This document shows positions 12,929 through 26,723 of a DNA stretch of 64,000 nucleotides, in pieces (positions within the stretch are counted from its first letter, which is position 1; every line of letters starts with the position of its first letter). Under the pieces are notes generated by a model, which made no database searches, was not told where the DNA came from, and saw only the letters and a program-made list of their open reading frames with translations. A program made the position numbers and the translations under genes. Origin of the DNA: Eledone cirrhosa. Its lineage: Eukaryota. The stretch covers positions 248,868,001-248,932,000 of the forward strand of contig OZ024740.1 in assembly GCA_964016885.1 (NCBI GenBank). The letters run 5' to 3'.

Positions 12929-12999
12929 TATTTTATTATGCGCATTTCAAAAACAAATATCATCATGCAATAATATTTGTGTTTTCATCAGATAAAATA
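12929..12999 (-). ncRNA. Minimal type I hammerhead ribozyme
   Basis: Minus strand: UAUUUUAU-CUGAUGA-stem II-GAAA-UGCGCA-UA-AUAAAAUA. Confidence 0.82.
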
Positions 13000-13726
13000 G
13001 GAAGACATATGAAGGTTAAAAAACACTTGTGGATAGTGCAGTTTTAAATCAACATATGAAAAGTAGTTTTAGATTGATGTGTGATATTGGGAAAAAAAAT
13101 TTTTTTTAGGGGGGTGGGGGGGGGGTGGAAAGGATGAAAAAGAGGAAGAGATGAGAGTAAAAAGTGGAGAGGGAGGAGTATAATGAGGAAGGATAAGATA
13201 GGAGGAGAGATGGGTGATAGAGAGAGAGATAGCTTTAATAACTGAGAGAAATATATTGTTTTACATATTCTTTCCATCGCACATATTATTAAACCCTAAA
13301 TATTATTCTTAATACATATTAACATTTTCTTTTCATCGCACATATTATTAAACCCTTCAATATACAAACCTTAACTTTACATTATTTTTCTCTTCGTTAA
13401 TTTTCAAATTCTTTTAATTTATACATTATCTTCCAACGGTTTTTCAACCTCTCTATGTAAAACAATATATTTCTCTCAGTTATAAAAGCTATCTCTCTCT
13501 CTCTATCACCCATCTCTCCTCCTATCTCATCCTTCCTCATTATACTCCTCCCTCTCCACTTTTTACTCTCATCTCCTCCTCTTTTTCATCCTTTCCACCC
13601 CCCACCCCCCTCAAAAAAAAAAATATATATTTTTCCCAATATCACACATCAATCTAAAACTACTTTTCATATGTTGATTTAAAACTGCACTATCCACAAG
13701 TGTTTTTTAACCTTCATATGTTTTCC

Positions 13727-13797
13727 TATTTTATCTGATGAAAACACAAATATTATTGCATGATGATATTTGTTTTTGAAATGTGCATAATAAAATA
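13727..13797 (+). ncRNA. Minimal type I hammerhead ribozyme
   Basis: UAUUUUAU-CUGAUGA-stem II-GAAA-UGUGCA-UA-AUAAAAUA; the stem III palindrome carries a CpG-type change. Confidence 0.78.
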
Positions 13798-13921
13798 CAT
13801 GGAACTCTTTTTAACCATCTTTTGTTCTTATATATTATGTATACTCCAGTCCTACAAACTGTAGAGTGCTTCTTATCCGATATCTGCATTGCTTTATTGT
13901 ACTACAATAAAACTCACCTCC

Positions 13922-13978
<57 letters not shown>

Positions 13979-14020
13979 CATCAAAATATTAATAAATATA
14001 GACATTCATGTGATCAAATA

Positions 14021-14086
14021 TATTTTATTATACATATTTCAGAGGTACTGAACTATTTCAACAGTACGTCCTCATCAGATAAAATA
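14021..14086 (-). ncRNA. Minimal type I hammerhead ribozyme in a solo terminal-repeat-like segment (~13977-14400)
   Basis: Minus strand: UAUUUUAU-CUGAUGA-gGAcGUACUG(11-nt loop)CAGUACcUCu-GAAA-UAUGUA-UA-AUAAAAUA. Confidence 0.8.
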
Positions 14087-14852
14087 AGTTGATGCCTGAC
14101 ATACCTTGACTATGTTGATGGTTATAATTTAGTCATGGCAGTGATTAGTTATGACAAAACTCAATATTTATATACCTTAAGTTGAAACAGGAAAAATTAC
14201 ATAAATACAGTAGGTGCATATGAGAATGTGTATAAAGATATATAAATAACTAATAATATATAATACATAAACTTATATAACTGTTAAAAATTTAAATAAT
14301 AATAAAAATATATACATACCTATTGTAGAGTGCTTCTAATCAATTGTGAAACTTTATTCATTGATGAATTCATTGAACCTTGTTAAACTTTTAATTATAT
14401 ATATATATATTGACTGTGGCAGAAAAAGAGAGAAAGAAAGAAAAAGAAAGGCGGAAATATAAGGAGATATTAATCTGTCCATTCTTTCTTACATACACAA
14501 CACATCAAGAAAAATCTTGATGACTCCATGTAAGCGATATTAAATACTTTTTAGTGTGAATCCGGACCTGGGTTGAAAAAAGAACAAGAGACATGTTTTC
14601 TCACTGTCGGGTGCGTTCACTTTCATGGGTGGAATGACACAGCCTCTCCATTCCTCCCAATGCTCCCTTTTTCTCTCCCATTCCCACCGCTCCCCGTAGG
14701 CCCCAGCATTCCCCTGGACCTTCTCAACACTCTCCAGCGCTAACTTTTTTCTAGTCAGTTATTTTGTCAGTATTGAGTAATCAAATTTGCAAGAGTTACC
14801 TCCCTTCCAACAGTCACCTTTTATGAGCAGCAACCCACCGCTGAACAAGTAT

Positions 14853-14955
<103 letters not shown>

Positions 14956-15915
14956 ATATGTATACGCACACACAGATATATAGTTGTGTTAATTCTTAAT
15001 TTTGCCCACAGATGTGCTGTCTTCTCTCTCTGCATATTTAACAGCTACTACAATGACATCCTCCTCTTTTGAGCTAGCAGGTTTCATACTCGGGTCGCTG
15101 CCACGGGTGGGATGGAGCGCATTGGATAGACCCCTCCGCCGTGTCTATTTATCAATAGTGCACATTCAGATTCAGAAAAATTTACAACAGTATATTTATT
15201 CCAAACCTCCAACTTGGATGTATTGCAAATTCAAATACTCTCTGGCAACGGGCCTTTTCGTACTACATTTAATTAGGGTCTTCACTTTCATCTTTTTCTT
15301 AGCCATATTATACCTACCAGTAACAAAAACGTACAGCCCTTTCTCTTCTGAACATTGACCCTCTTCAATTCCCTCAAACTGCATTAATCACACTGATATC
15401 AGAGGAACTGTGAAGGCCACACATACGACCTCTTAAACAAGACTGGTGGTTCATAGATACATTATATGATATTCTGAACAGATTTTATAGCTTATTTTAC
15501 AGTTATTCCACATCACCCTAATTTTAATAAGACAGCTGAAGCAAAATTTATTTTAGAGGAAATTCTGATCAAGACAAAACGAAAAGAATGTTAAATGCAC
15601 AGGTCTATGTGTGTGCGTGCACAGGCATAAATGGATGTGTGTATGTATTTATCTTTCTCTGGAATAAATCGGTTGTAGTTAAACCTAGAATGAGGTGGGT
15701 ACTGCCATGTTTAAAACCCCTGTTAGGAGTTATGGGATCATACACACACACACACACATATATTGTTATGCTTTGGGAGGGTCATCTTGCCAATAAGAAA
15801 CACACGCACCAGTTGCTTTCACTCCAATTTATTATAAATTAAATTTATAAATTTAAGAATTTATAAATTTCTGGTTGCTTGGTTGGTTCCATAACCAGAC
15901 GGTTGTTCATATATT

Positions 15916-15958
15916 GTCAAAGTTCTTTCGTCACACATTCTGTGACCTCTTCAGTGAC
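15916..15958 (-). ncRNA. Minimal type I hammerhead ribozyme
   Basis: Minus strand: GUCA-CUGAAGA-g-GUCACA(gaaug)UGUGAC-GAAA-GAAC-UU-UGAC. Confidence 0.75.
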
Positions 15959-17142
15959 TGAGGATTCTTTTCTTTGTTTTGTGCCTCTCCTTTGTACTAG
16001 ACACAGAGCTCTGGTTAGAAACCATTAATAACAAAAAACAAATCCTCCATTCCCATTATGCCAAACCCATGACTTCCAAATATCTGATCCACCGAAATTC
16101 AGCTGTTTTGGATCACACCAAAATCAACATACTGATTGCGGATTTGGTACGGGTGATGAGAAACGTGTCCTGCATGTGCAACCCCAAAGAACTAGAGAGA
16201 CACATACAATACTTCATCCACTGTATGCAGTTCTCTGGTTACAATCAGAGAGATAAAATCAGAGTATATAGAGGAGCTATATAATAATGATATAAATAAT
16301 GATATAAATGGGACCTGCTCGTTGTATAGGAGCAAATTTTGGAATAGAATAGAAAGAACTAGGAATAAGGTTAATAGAATAAACTCATGGTATGATAGCA
16401 ATAAATACCAGAGTGTAATGTTCATCAATACAACCCCTAGAGGTGAATTAGCTTACAAATTTAGAAGGGCCCTAGATAAACATAAACATAATATTAAGAT
16501 AGTAGAAAGACCAGGTATTTCCATAAAAACACTTATTAGCAATACATACCCTTTTCAAAGACCTCCCTGTATAGATAAGAAATGCATAATTTGTAAACTA
16601 AGCCCCCATATTAACTGTAAAACTAGAAAGTAGTATATAGCATAAGCTGTACTGAAGGACAATGTAAAGATAAGAATATAGTGTACATAGGTGAGACAGC
16701 TCATAGTATAGGAGAATGGTTAAATAAACACTGGCGAGAACTTCAAGATAAAAAAGAATCATCAATACTCCACCAACATGCTAAAATAGAACATAAGGGC
16801 AAATTAGAGAACATAGAAATAAAAATAGAATCTACACACAGAAAAGACACAATGTTTAGACAAATCACAGAGGCAATAAACATAAATGAACTCCAACCAA
16901 AATTAAATAGAAAACATGAATGGAATAGCAACATCACAACTTACAATTAAGGACAAAATGAAAACACACACATAGAACAAACAACCAACCAGTAACATAT
17001 AAATAAACAAATAAATAAACAAATAAAAACACACACAGACACCCAGATGTAACACATGCACAAACTAAGCACACAACACACAAAAACAAGATGGCATAGG
17101 ACAGAACAAAGGAGAGGCACAAAACTAAGAAAAGAATCCCCA

Positions 17143-17185
17143 GTCATTGAAGAGGTCACAGAATGTGTGACGAAAGAACTTTGAC
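17143..17185 (+). ncRNA. Hammerhead copy with C3>U core mutation
   Basis: Same fold as 15916-15958 but the core reads UUGAAGA. Confidence 0.6.
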
Positions 17186-17934
17186 AATATATGAACAACC
17201 GTCCGGTTATGGAACCAACCAACTGGAAATTTATAAATTCTTAAATTTATAAATTTAATTTATAATAAATTGGAGTGAAAGCAATGGTGCGTGCGTTTCT
17301 TATAGGCAACATGACCCTCCGAAAGCATAACAATATCGGTTTCAACACACGTTTTCAGATAAAGAATCTTGCTAAACAAATTCAGAAACGAAATATATAT
17401 ATATATTGAGGGTCTATAGAATAGTATAGAATATTTATAGTAGAATGTATTTATGTATTCAAACCTAAAGACTCATCATTGTCCTGTGGAATGTTATTCA
17501 GATTGTTTGTCATTTCATGGCGCATTAACAAACCCTATTACCTACTGCAGCTGGCAGTCAATTGCCAGAAATCAATAGGAGCCTCTGAAATACATCTTGT
17601 TTACAATTACTGCCAGTAAAAGAGAGATAGCAACCTAGAGATTTCTCATAATTTGATGAAAAAACAAATGGTAGAAAGACATTATTTGGCAAAATGTGCA
17701 AAACGTAGATTATTTCAAACTTTAAAAGAAGTATACATTTTTTTAGAGGGAGGAAAGGTCAGTGCACATGAGTTTCTACAGGGTCTCTGAGATTGGTGAA
17801 ATGGAGGGAGGGCAGTATCTTCAAACTGGAGACTTAGTCTGACTATTTGCAAAAGAGCACACTCTGCTAAAGGTTTCCAAGGGCCAGGAGGGGGTTCTAA
17901 ACAGGGGAATCAATTAAATTTACCACTCAAGCCA

Positions 17935-18170
17935 GTCACTGTGGGATTTGAAATCAGAATGCAATGAGCTGGAACAAATTTCACAAGGCATCTCATCCAA
18001 TGCTCTAACAATTCCACTAATCCCCTGTCTTGGACTGGTACTTCATTTTATTGACCCAAAAGAATGAAAGACTAAGTTGACTTCAGTAGGATTTGAACTC
18101 AGAGCACAGAGGGCTGGAACAAACACCAAAAGAAATTTTGTTTTACACTCTAATGACTGCCAATTTAGCA
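17935..18170 (-). mobile_element. Old diverged SINE copies in tandem
   Basis: ggatttgaa.tcaga twice; ctggtacttcattttattgaccc...gaatgaaagactaagttgac. Confidence 0.6.
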
Positions 18171-18509
18171 TCCTATTTAAAAAAAAGAAATTCTTTGTAT
18201 CACCAGGAAAAATTGATATTTAGTGATTTTATTTTCACAAGATCTTGATCAGTATATACAACTTACCATATTTTTCAACATCAAGCCATATTATTCTACT
18301 AATTACCTATATTCTGGGATATATATACACTTCTGAGGAGTACGTTTGATTTTGCAATCCTTTACAGAAACTCCCAAGCTTTTAATATCTTAATCTTTCT
18401 CATTATTGATCTGCAAATTACACTGGTGGAAAACATAATGTCAATAATAAACTTATGATGGTCAAATTCAGGGATGCACCACATCTAGATAGGAAATTGA
18501 GAGTGTTTT

Positions 18510-18635
18510 TAGGGTGTCGGATAGGATATCCTGTGGCATTTGTTCTGGCTCTCCAAGTTCAAATCCCTCCGAGGTCAGTTTTGCTACTCATCGTTTTGGT
18601 GTTGAAAAAATAAAGTTCCAGGCCACTGCAGTGGA
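18510..18635 (+). mobile_element. Diverged SINE
   Basis: aagttcaaatccctccgaggtcagttttgctactcatc...aaaataaagttccag. Confidence 0.6.
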
Positions 18636-19989
18636 TTGGTGGAATGGTTTGACCATCAGACGCAATGTCTTGTGGTATCTGTTTCGGGCCTTTCCCTTTT
18701 GAACTAGAATTCCTGCTAAAAATTCAAATCCTACCAATGGCCAGAACCACAGCTGATTATTAAAGCAGCAATGAGTGGAGGAGGAGAGTGGATGTCTGCT
18801 ACTGCAGTCAAATGATGATGATGACTCCAGCCCCAAATTGAATTCTATGTGACCTTTATTTAATCATCTTATTCTGTAACTTAGCAGGGGTGGGGTGGGG
18901 GAAGAAGAGTGGTGCACCCAGAGTGACACTATTTAGAAGATGGCTGTTTTGGTCTACTGCATTGTATGATTGATATGTATTGTATTTTCTTTTCCATACT
19001 GGAATTCAAGGACAACTCCCATGCACCATAGACTCAAACTATACTGCTGATCCTAATTTGGAAATGAGAGCTCGACCACTTATGTCATTTACTATATGTA
19101 ATATCAAAGTTGAATTCACATTGAAGAAGGTCCATATGTATGTTCTATACCCTATTTGAAATATAGGAAGCACTAACGTTCTCAAGATACTCATGTGTAT
19201 CTTGATGGAGGGACTAACAGTACGCAATGGGGAATGACTAAAAATATTTCTCAAATGACTTCACCAAAGACCATTTATTTGTGATTGCTATCAACATTAA
19301 CACATAGCCATCTTTAATATTTCTATTACTGTGTGAAGACAAGACATTTTTATTTACAACTTATTTATGAATAAATTAAGATATCATAAATGATATTATA
19401 GTTTTATTTACAGACATACACTATACACACAAACACACATACACACACACATACATATGTGTGTGTGTGTGTGTCTGTGCGTGCGTGTGTTTGTGTGTAT
19501 AGTGTATATTTGTTGCATATATATATATATATATGGTTAACTAGAATATATGTAAAGATTTAGGTTTAGATAACAGACAATGGACAACTTTGGCACTCTC
19601 AAGCATGGTGTGCTTAATGCCAACACGCTCCCACCTTCATCAGCAAGTTTCATAAATCCTATTAGTATTTGCTTGCTTGACAACTAAATTATGCAACAGT
19701 GTCATGTTAACATTTTCATTCTCACCCCATAAACTTTACCTCACGCAGTTTTCTCATATTCTCTTCCCTGTCTCTCATATGTCCTGCTTTCTTCTCTCCT
19801 TTCATATTCTTCTGCTCTCTTACATGTCCCCCTTTCTCTTTCACCACTTCTCTATGTATTCTATATCATATATCTTTTCGCCAACAGTTTTTTATCTCCT
19901 TCACTCCACCCTACCTTCCTTTATTAGTTTCTATGAACAGATATCTAATTTTTACTAAGGATACAGATCCTGAACGTTATTTTTACAAG

Positions 19990-20896
19990 GACAGATCCTG
20001 AACACTATAGATCTTTCCTGCAATCAGACCTGGACACAATGCAGCAATGGATCATGGACTGGCAACTCAAGCTGGCTGTGGACAAGTGTACCATCATGCA
20101 TTTTGGGAGTAAAACTGCAGTGTCCACATACTCCCTCTACAACATTAATCTCAAGAAGTCTTCTTGTAAATGTGACCTGGGTATTACTGTCAGTAGCGAT
20201 TTGCATTGGACAAAGCACATCTTTAAAATTGTCAAGAAGGCTGAGGGTGTCTTGGCATCACTCAGCAAGACCTTTGTCAGTGGCTCTCCAGCTATCTATT
20301 TAAAGCTGTATATAGCTATGGTGTGGCCACACTTAGAATTTGCATCACCAGTCTGGAACCCCTACCTTGCACAAAATATTGACCTCCTGGAAACTGTTCA
20401 GAGACGTGCAGCCAAGCGAATACCCTCCATCAGGCATCTACTATACTCTGAATGCCTTGCTTCCCTGGGCATGGATACATTGAAGCTCCAACATCTGGCA
20501 ACTGACTTGGTAAACACCCACAAAATTATTAACCATCTTGTCAACAACAGCCCTGAGTACCTTCTTGAATTCCATATGTCTAACATTCATGGGGATGCCT
20601 ACAATGTCAGAAAACAGCACAGCTCCCATAACTTTTGAAACATTTTTTCACACTGAAACATGGAACAAACAACCTGCATCAGTTGTTAGCTGCTGGGACA
20701 CTGCATCCTTTAAAACCTCCATGCTTCCTGAAATTTGCTAACACTACACCTGATATTCCCCCTCCATACACACACATATATCATGCCTCATACACTGTTC
20801 ACTTGCCTGACATTTGTACATTATTCTATGTACTATACATTCACCTTCGATGAGTTGAAGTGCACCTGAGCACTGTACACAATAATTTCATTATCA
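19990..20896 (+). mobile_element. 3' fragment of CR1/L2-group LINE
   Basis: ORF 20039-20638: WQLKLAVDKCTIMHFG, DLGITVSSDLHW, LYIAMVWPHLEFASPVWNP, LETVQRRA; short (cattat)-like tail. Confidence 0.85.
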
Positions 20897-21049
20897 TAAC
20901 ACTTTTAATAGCACTATAGGCTGTCAATGAAAGCCTTACATGAGAAAGACTTACATTGAGAGTTACTACTTTCCTAGACAGTATGCCAATCTAGGAAAGC
21001 AGTAACTCTGAATAAAATTTTGCATGAAGATGTTGAGAAAATAAGCCCG

Positions 21050-22125
21050 TTTATGAGAGCAATAATGGAATGAAAGCCTCCAACAAAATGATAATGGAAT
21101 AGGTGGTGTAGGCATTCTACTAGCTGAAAAATGGATAGATAAGGTGATGGAAGTAGTTAGAGTAACAGAATTATCAAGCTTAGAATAGCAATAGAATTGT
21201 GACAGTCCTGCCATTTCTATAAGGAACTTTTACAGACAATCTCAGTTACTGATGACAGAGACCTCATCATCTTGGCAGGTGACTTCAATGGACATGTGGG
21301 ACAGTACTTGAATGGATTCACTGGAGTTCACAGCAGCTATAATTATGGCTCAAGAAATGAAGAGGCTCCTGGAATTCTTTGATGCAAATAAACTAACCAT
21401 TTGTAACGCAAATTTCAGGAAATTGTGGGAGAAAGGACTACCACAGATAGACTCAGCACAGAGACCTACTATTGAAATTAGCAGCTGTATGGTTGGAAGA
21501 GCAATTTAAGAATATAAAAGCATTAAAAGCTGCTGCACTATTAGGGATGATCTCTGAATGATGAAAATATCTTGCAAAATAGTGCTGAAGCTAGTCACTC
21601 AGCTAGTACAGCGAGATGTCATAACTAATGATTGTCATAGCAGTATGTGTTAACTGCTACAAAGACAAAGGAGATGTTCTAAATCTAGAAAAAAGCAACT
21701 GATGGACCAAATTATGAATGTAACACAAAGATACTTAGAGCAACTAATTGCACTAAACATAGATTTAGCTTAGATGAGATGCAATTCGGATTTGTGTTAG
21801 GTTGGGGTACCATTGGCACTATCTTCCTTGTGAGACAACTACAAGAGAAATTCGTAACATTCGTTAATCTAAGGTTTTCGATAGGGAAACATGTTCTATA
21901 GTTTGGTGTATATGAATGGCTTGTGTGAACTGTGTAAGCTATGGACAAGAATGCTGTTAGTAAGATGAGTGTCGGCAATGAATTCAGTAAGAAATTTATA
22001 TAGTGTGTAGATATTCATAAATTTAGTGCACAGGTAGGTTCTAAGTTTATTCCTATTTATTGAAGTTCTCCAGGCAACTGTAGAGTTGAAGATCAACTGT
22101 TTACAGGAACTGCTCTATGCTAATT
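21050..22125 (+). mobile_element. Highly degenerate, internally deleted RTE LINE
   Basis: Remnants GGVGILLAEKWIDK, ILAGDFNGHVG, LEFFDANKLTICN, LDEMQFGF, ELLYAN. Confidence 0.8.
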
Positions 22126-22470
22126 GGCATATTTAATTGTATATTGCCAATATGGTTAAGAAGTTGTTATCTTGAGCAAGCGTTATTTACCATAGCCTTG
22201 GGTTGACCCTTGCTTTGTGACTGAGATTAGGTAGACGGAACCAGTAATTCAAAGGATCAGCACACATATGTGGAATGTTCAGTCACATATGTTAATTTCA
22301 TGAGAAGGCGTCAGATAGCTGCTGAAGTGCAAAGATACTCCAATTTATCAGGCACTTGTTGATAGGATGAACAGAAGTGCCCACCTATCTTTATCCAACT
22401 TTACACTGGTGTGAAGGCTTATCTGAATACACTGGAACATCTCCAGAGCAACAAAACTCAGGCTTGGTTT

Positions 22471-22770
22471 TAATAAAGAATAAGCTACGTAGCCGGTCCT
22501 GGCGAAAATATTTGACTTTCTGCTAAATTTCCTAAGCCATGGAACTCAGTAGATATGTGTGTATGTAACTAAAGCGCAACGTACTTTACGAATGGCCAAA
22601 ACACAAGCAGACCGATGAAGACTAAATAATTTTAACTTGTTTTTTAACAATTGATGGTGGAAAAAAATTCAAATTGTCTTAACTCGGGTCGCAACTCATG
22701 GTGTCTGACACTCGTAAGAGCCTGGGAGTCTATTTTACCGGGACCGGCTATATAGTCTCTTCCTATATTA
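22471..22770. mobile_element. MITE-like element, copy 1
   Basis: Terminal inverted repeats (TIRs) ctacgTAGCCGGTCCTGGCGAAAATA / TATTTTACCGGGACCGGCTAtatag; internal homology to 23141-23395 in opposite orientation. Confidence 0.75.
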
Positions 22771-23140
22771 ATATATTGATTACTCATCCTCACCACCGTC
22801 AATACTAACCGTATATCACATAGTTTAACGTCCGTGAGAGGGAGGGAGGTGGAGCAGTAATGAAATTTTGCTGCGGTGAAAGCGGGGACGGCAAACTATT
22901 TTTTCACGTTGTGACGTTCGAAACCTTTGGGGAAGCTTGCTCGCTGACAATGAGGTAGTCATTATAAGCGGCTCGCCTCATCAATGTATCAAGTAATGCC
23001 CATGACGGTACTTGTTTATTCAAGCGTCTTACTCTCACTATCACTCGCAGCAATGTCGTGGGTTGCCTTGCCTAAACAATTATTAGAGGGAATCTCCAAC
23101 GCCCCTTGTTGCGTGTGCGAGTCTTCTGCCCTTTTTTGTG

Positions 23141-23395
23141 TATTTTTTGGAAGAGGTTATGTAGCCGGTAAGAGTGTCAGACACCATGAGTTAAGACAAT
23201 TTGAAATCTTTTCCACCATCAATTGTTAAAAAACTAGTTAAAATCATTTAGTCGTCCATTTGTGTTACGCTTTAGTTACATCTACACGTAAATACATAAA
23301 CTGATTCAGACAACAGAAGGGGCTGGTGAAACACTATAGCGATGTGAGTTGCGTCCCTTTAGGGTTTACCGGCTAGATAGCCTATTCGTATTTTT
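23141..23395. mobile_element. MITE-like element, copy 2 (inverted relative to copy 1)
   Basis: TIRs GGTTATGTAGCCGGTAA / TTACCGGCTAGATAGCC; gagtgtcagacaccatgagtt...ttttccaccatcaattgttaaaaaac is the reverse complement of 22640-22713. Confidence 0.75.
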
Positions 23396-24116
23396 TTCTA
23401 TATAAATTGTGTTTATTTGTATGTATTCTATTGAAATATGTGTATGCAGGCTTTTTACGCCTATCTGTGCTAGTTATATATAACCATAACCGTATTTGTT
23501 TTTGAGTTCGTATTACACAGACATTATATATATATATGTATGTGTGTGTGAAAAAGAGCTACACTCGTGTCTCGTTTTGCCACTACAAAAAAAAGAGAAA
23601 ACGACATGAAATCTCGCGTTAGCTCTGCGAGTGTTATGAGTGGTGCAGTGAACCATCAACATATTCCTCTTCGCCTCCTTAATCACTTCCCCCACCTTCT
23701 TAACTAGTAATACTGTAGTTTTGTTTCACTACAATTGTTGACAGACATATCTTATTCTAAGTCACATGTCTCATTGAGCACATTATTGTTTTCCTTTTAT
23801 AAAATCTCTCTCATTTACCTCGATGAGAGTTAGATGACCAAAGTTTTTCTCTTTTCTCCCTCTTCTAAATCCAATCCTTTCTATCCTATATATTATAATA
23901 TAATGATCACTTTGTCGGTTTTTTTCTAGTGCTTTCTTTATTTATCGATGTTATATTGTCTTGTAAATCAAAACTGCAGGCTTACACAAACATAATATCA
24001 AAACTGCAGACTTACTGCATACACATACATAATCACACAGACATTTCGGCGGTTGTGCTGTTTAGAAGCGCGTATAGTTGTGTGAGGGGGTTAAAAAAGA
24101 ACTAACAAAATATTAA

Positions 24117-24714
24117 ATGGATTCTGTCCGACAGCGTCGTGTTGCGGACATCGACTTATTGTCGACATCATCTAGTCCCGACGGCAAGACCAACAACGAT
24201 GCCACCTCAGCATCGTTTCAAGAAAGCTTAAGGCAAAGCCAACGCAAAAGCATCCCCGGCACTGTATTATGGCTCGTTGTATTCGTCTTTCACATCAGTC
24301 TGTTTCTGTTTGTCGTTTATCGAACGACGACCTTACCTCCACCCAAGAAGACCACGTCTCGCAACCAGAACGATGTATTCGAAGAAGAGTCCGCTCGTAA
24401 ACACCTGAATGCCATTACCGGCTTTGGCCATCGACCCGTGGGAAGCTACGCTAATGAACACCTAGCGAAATATTACATCCTAAACGAACTGCAAAAGATC
24501 CAACAGCAGTCTTTGACTAATGTCCATACCATACAGATAGATGAACAGAATGTTAGTGGTCAGTTTTCTTTGCACCTGAAAAGCAACTTCCTCACAGTCT
24601 ACCGAAATATCAAGAACATCGTGGCAAAACTTGACCCAGTCTCCGAGTTCAAGGATGCAACTAAGCACAGTGTTTTAGTCAACTGTCATTATGATAGTGT
24701 TGTTGAAAGTCCTG
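24117..24714 (+). CDS. ERMP1: First coding exon of endoplasmic reticulum metallopeptidase 1 (M28 family; ERMP1/Fxna-like)
   Basis: N-terminal transmembrane helix (VLWLVVFVFHISLFLFVVY), FEEESARKHLNAITGFGHRPVGSYANE, NIVAKLDP, HSVLVNCHYDSVVESPG (HxD zinc ligands); phase-1 donor CCTG|GTTAGT at 24714/24715, just before the expected ASDD motif. Confidence 0.9.
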
Positions 24715-25964
24715 GTTAGTATCTTTTCTTTCTTTCCTTTTCTTTCGTTCTTACCTTCATAGTTCATGTTCCTCTCTCGGAAGGATAACTAATAATAATA
24801 ACAATATCTAATATTGGCACAAGACCACACATTTTTGAAGTGGGTAGAAAGAGATTAGTAAATTAAAGCGACCCATTTCTTGACCGATACTTTGTTTTAT
24901 TGACTCTAGAGAGATTTGACTTCAGTGAAAAGAGTCGTAACTAAATAATAATCATTAACAATTATCTTTATTTGTCAAAAAAGTTACAGATGAGAGGACA
25001 TTACAAGGACACATTCCCAAAACCTCGAAGTTTACTTAGAATCGATTATGTAAAAACAACAATAAAAACATTGAGGTCACTGACACTAGACTCCTTTAAA
25101 GAAAAAAAATATCTTGGCCGATTCACGGGGTTCATGTTTGTATGTTTGTAACCCTGGAGTTCTGTACTCTTCGTTTGTATTTTTATTTTTTAAAAAATTA
25201 TTTTTAAGGTTTTCTCTTTGTTTCCATTCGTTGTCTTGTCATCTCTAATAATTTTCTTAAGTTTATATATACATATGTATGTGCGCGCGAATCCAGTGAA
25301 TAGGATGAAGTATTTTCATTTTCTTCAAAGATCTATCTATTGTCAATGATACCGAAAAGAAGAATGAAAAGCAAATCATTTAAATAACGGTGTCATTTCC
25401 CCAGTTGGAATCGTTTTACACATTTGGATAAACACGTTTAGAGAAAAGCCCCCCCCCCCCCCCCAAACCCCCCCCCAAAAAAACTCCCTAGTATTCTTAT
25501 TTAACATAAGGTTAGCTCGATTAAGCAGACATGTTCAACGGTAATCTACTTATGTTTTTATTTTCCTTTCGTTTAATCATACTATTTACATAATTTTCAA
25601 AATTCGTAGCTGGAAATCATTCGGCAAAATCACACACACCAGGTCCGAATACAGAGGAGCCGAACTCCCACTGTCATCGCCTCCATCTCTTTTGCACTCC
25701 CCATCTCTCACTGTTATGAGCAAATGGGGTCCCACGCGCTGGCCACCCCGCGGCCCCGGCGGACAGAATAGAGAAGGCGTTTCCCCAGAGGATGGTGAAG
25801 GAGATGCACTGGAAGAGCCATTCCAGCTCCCGAGGCTCACACCTGCAGCTAGCCAGCTCAGCGCCTATGGTGGTGATTAGGGAGCTAGCCCTAGGTCCAA
25901 GGACATCAGAAGTCTCCACTGCTACTGGTTCAACTGCAAACCAGTTGGAGAGCGATCGACACCC

Positions 25965-26095
25965 CACTGGAATGGCAGAATCGTTAGAGCGTCGGACAAA
26001 ATGCATTCTGGTATTTAGTTACTGCCCCTTATGTTCTGAGATCAATTTTGCCTTCAATCCTTCTGGGGGTTCCATAAAATAAAATAAAGCACCCT
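25965..26095 (+). mobile_element. Diverged SINE
   Basis: tggcagaatcgttagagcgtcggac...ttctgag...ttttgccttcaatccttctggggg...taaaataaagcacc. Confidence 0.65.
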
Positions 26096-26122
26096 GGATG
26101 TGAATGGAATTAAAAAATGTAA

Positions 26123-26254
26123 TTAGTGATTCTTAAGGTGGGGGAGAGGGGACACCCCACAGAGGAACAATTTTTAATTATATCTTTTTAAAACCAAATG
26201 CGTTGTCTTTTTATTGAGTAGGCCATCAACTTTTTTGAATATAAGAATCACTAA
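26123..26254. mobile_element. Small MITE (hAT-like termini)
   Basis: Perfect 13-bp TIR TTAGTGATTCTTA (26123-26135) / TAAGAATCACTAA (26242-26254). Confidence 0.55.
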
Positions 26255-26723
26255 TAGATCATCCTGTTGATATTTTTTTCATTTTTGGTTCTCAGACATA
26301 ACGTGTATCAAGGATCCCACATTCCAATATGTCCTTTTTTTTAAAAAAAAAAAACGCTAAAGTGATACCTGAGAAAGATTTGGCTGCTATTTCTAGAAGG
26401 TGGGCTCAGAATCTAAAGTCCATATCAAATAAGCGCACCAATGTGCGAACATCGTTAATATATAGAGAACACAAAAGGCCTTCTCAACCTTTCCCTTTCC
26501 CCTTCATTAAACACATCACTGAAATTTAGGGATTACGATATATTTTCCGCCGTTAAATTAAAATCCTTTGAAATATTTTTAGTTATTTCAACATTGTTAT
26601 CTCATCTATAATAAATTTTTAAAAACTTACAAGAACCTTGTTTAAAATAGTAATCAGTAGGTTTACCATATGGATTTATTGAATTATTGATTAATTGTTC
26701 AAATTAACATTATAAGTTTATAT

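Larger units (their letters stand above)
12889..13924 (+). mobile_element. Non-autonomous PLE-derived fold-back element (same family as 6026-6455)
   Basis: Inverted arms ~12889-13268 and 13455-13838 around a ~185-bp spacer; 86-bp extension 13839-13924, then microsatellite. Confidence 0.88.
15760..17392 (+). mobile_element. 5'-truncated PLE (RT C-terminus plus GIY-YIG) with inverted pseudo-LTR
   Basis: Broken ORFs 15996-16950: C-x4-C-x2-C linker, VYSISC...YIGETA, RQITEAINI..LQPKLN; inverted arms 15760-15995 and 17106-17336; ~56-bp extension, then (AT)n. Confidence 0.88.

Noticed and set aside
15002-15384. ORFs 15002-15358 (+) and 15196-15384 (-) as host exons
   Set aside because: No recognisable domain and no supported splice structure.
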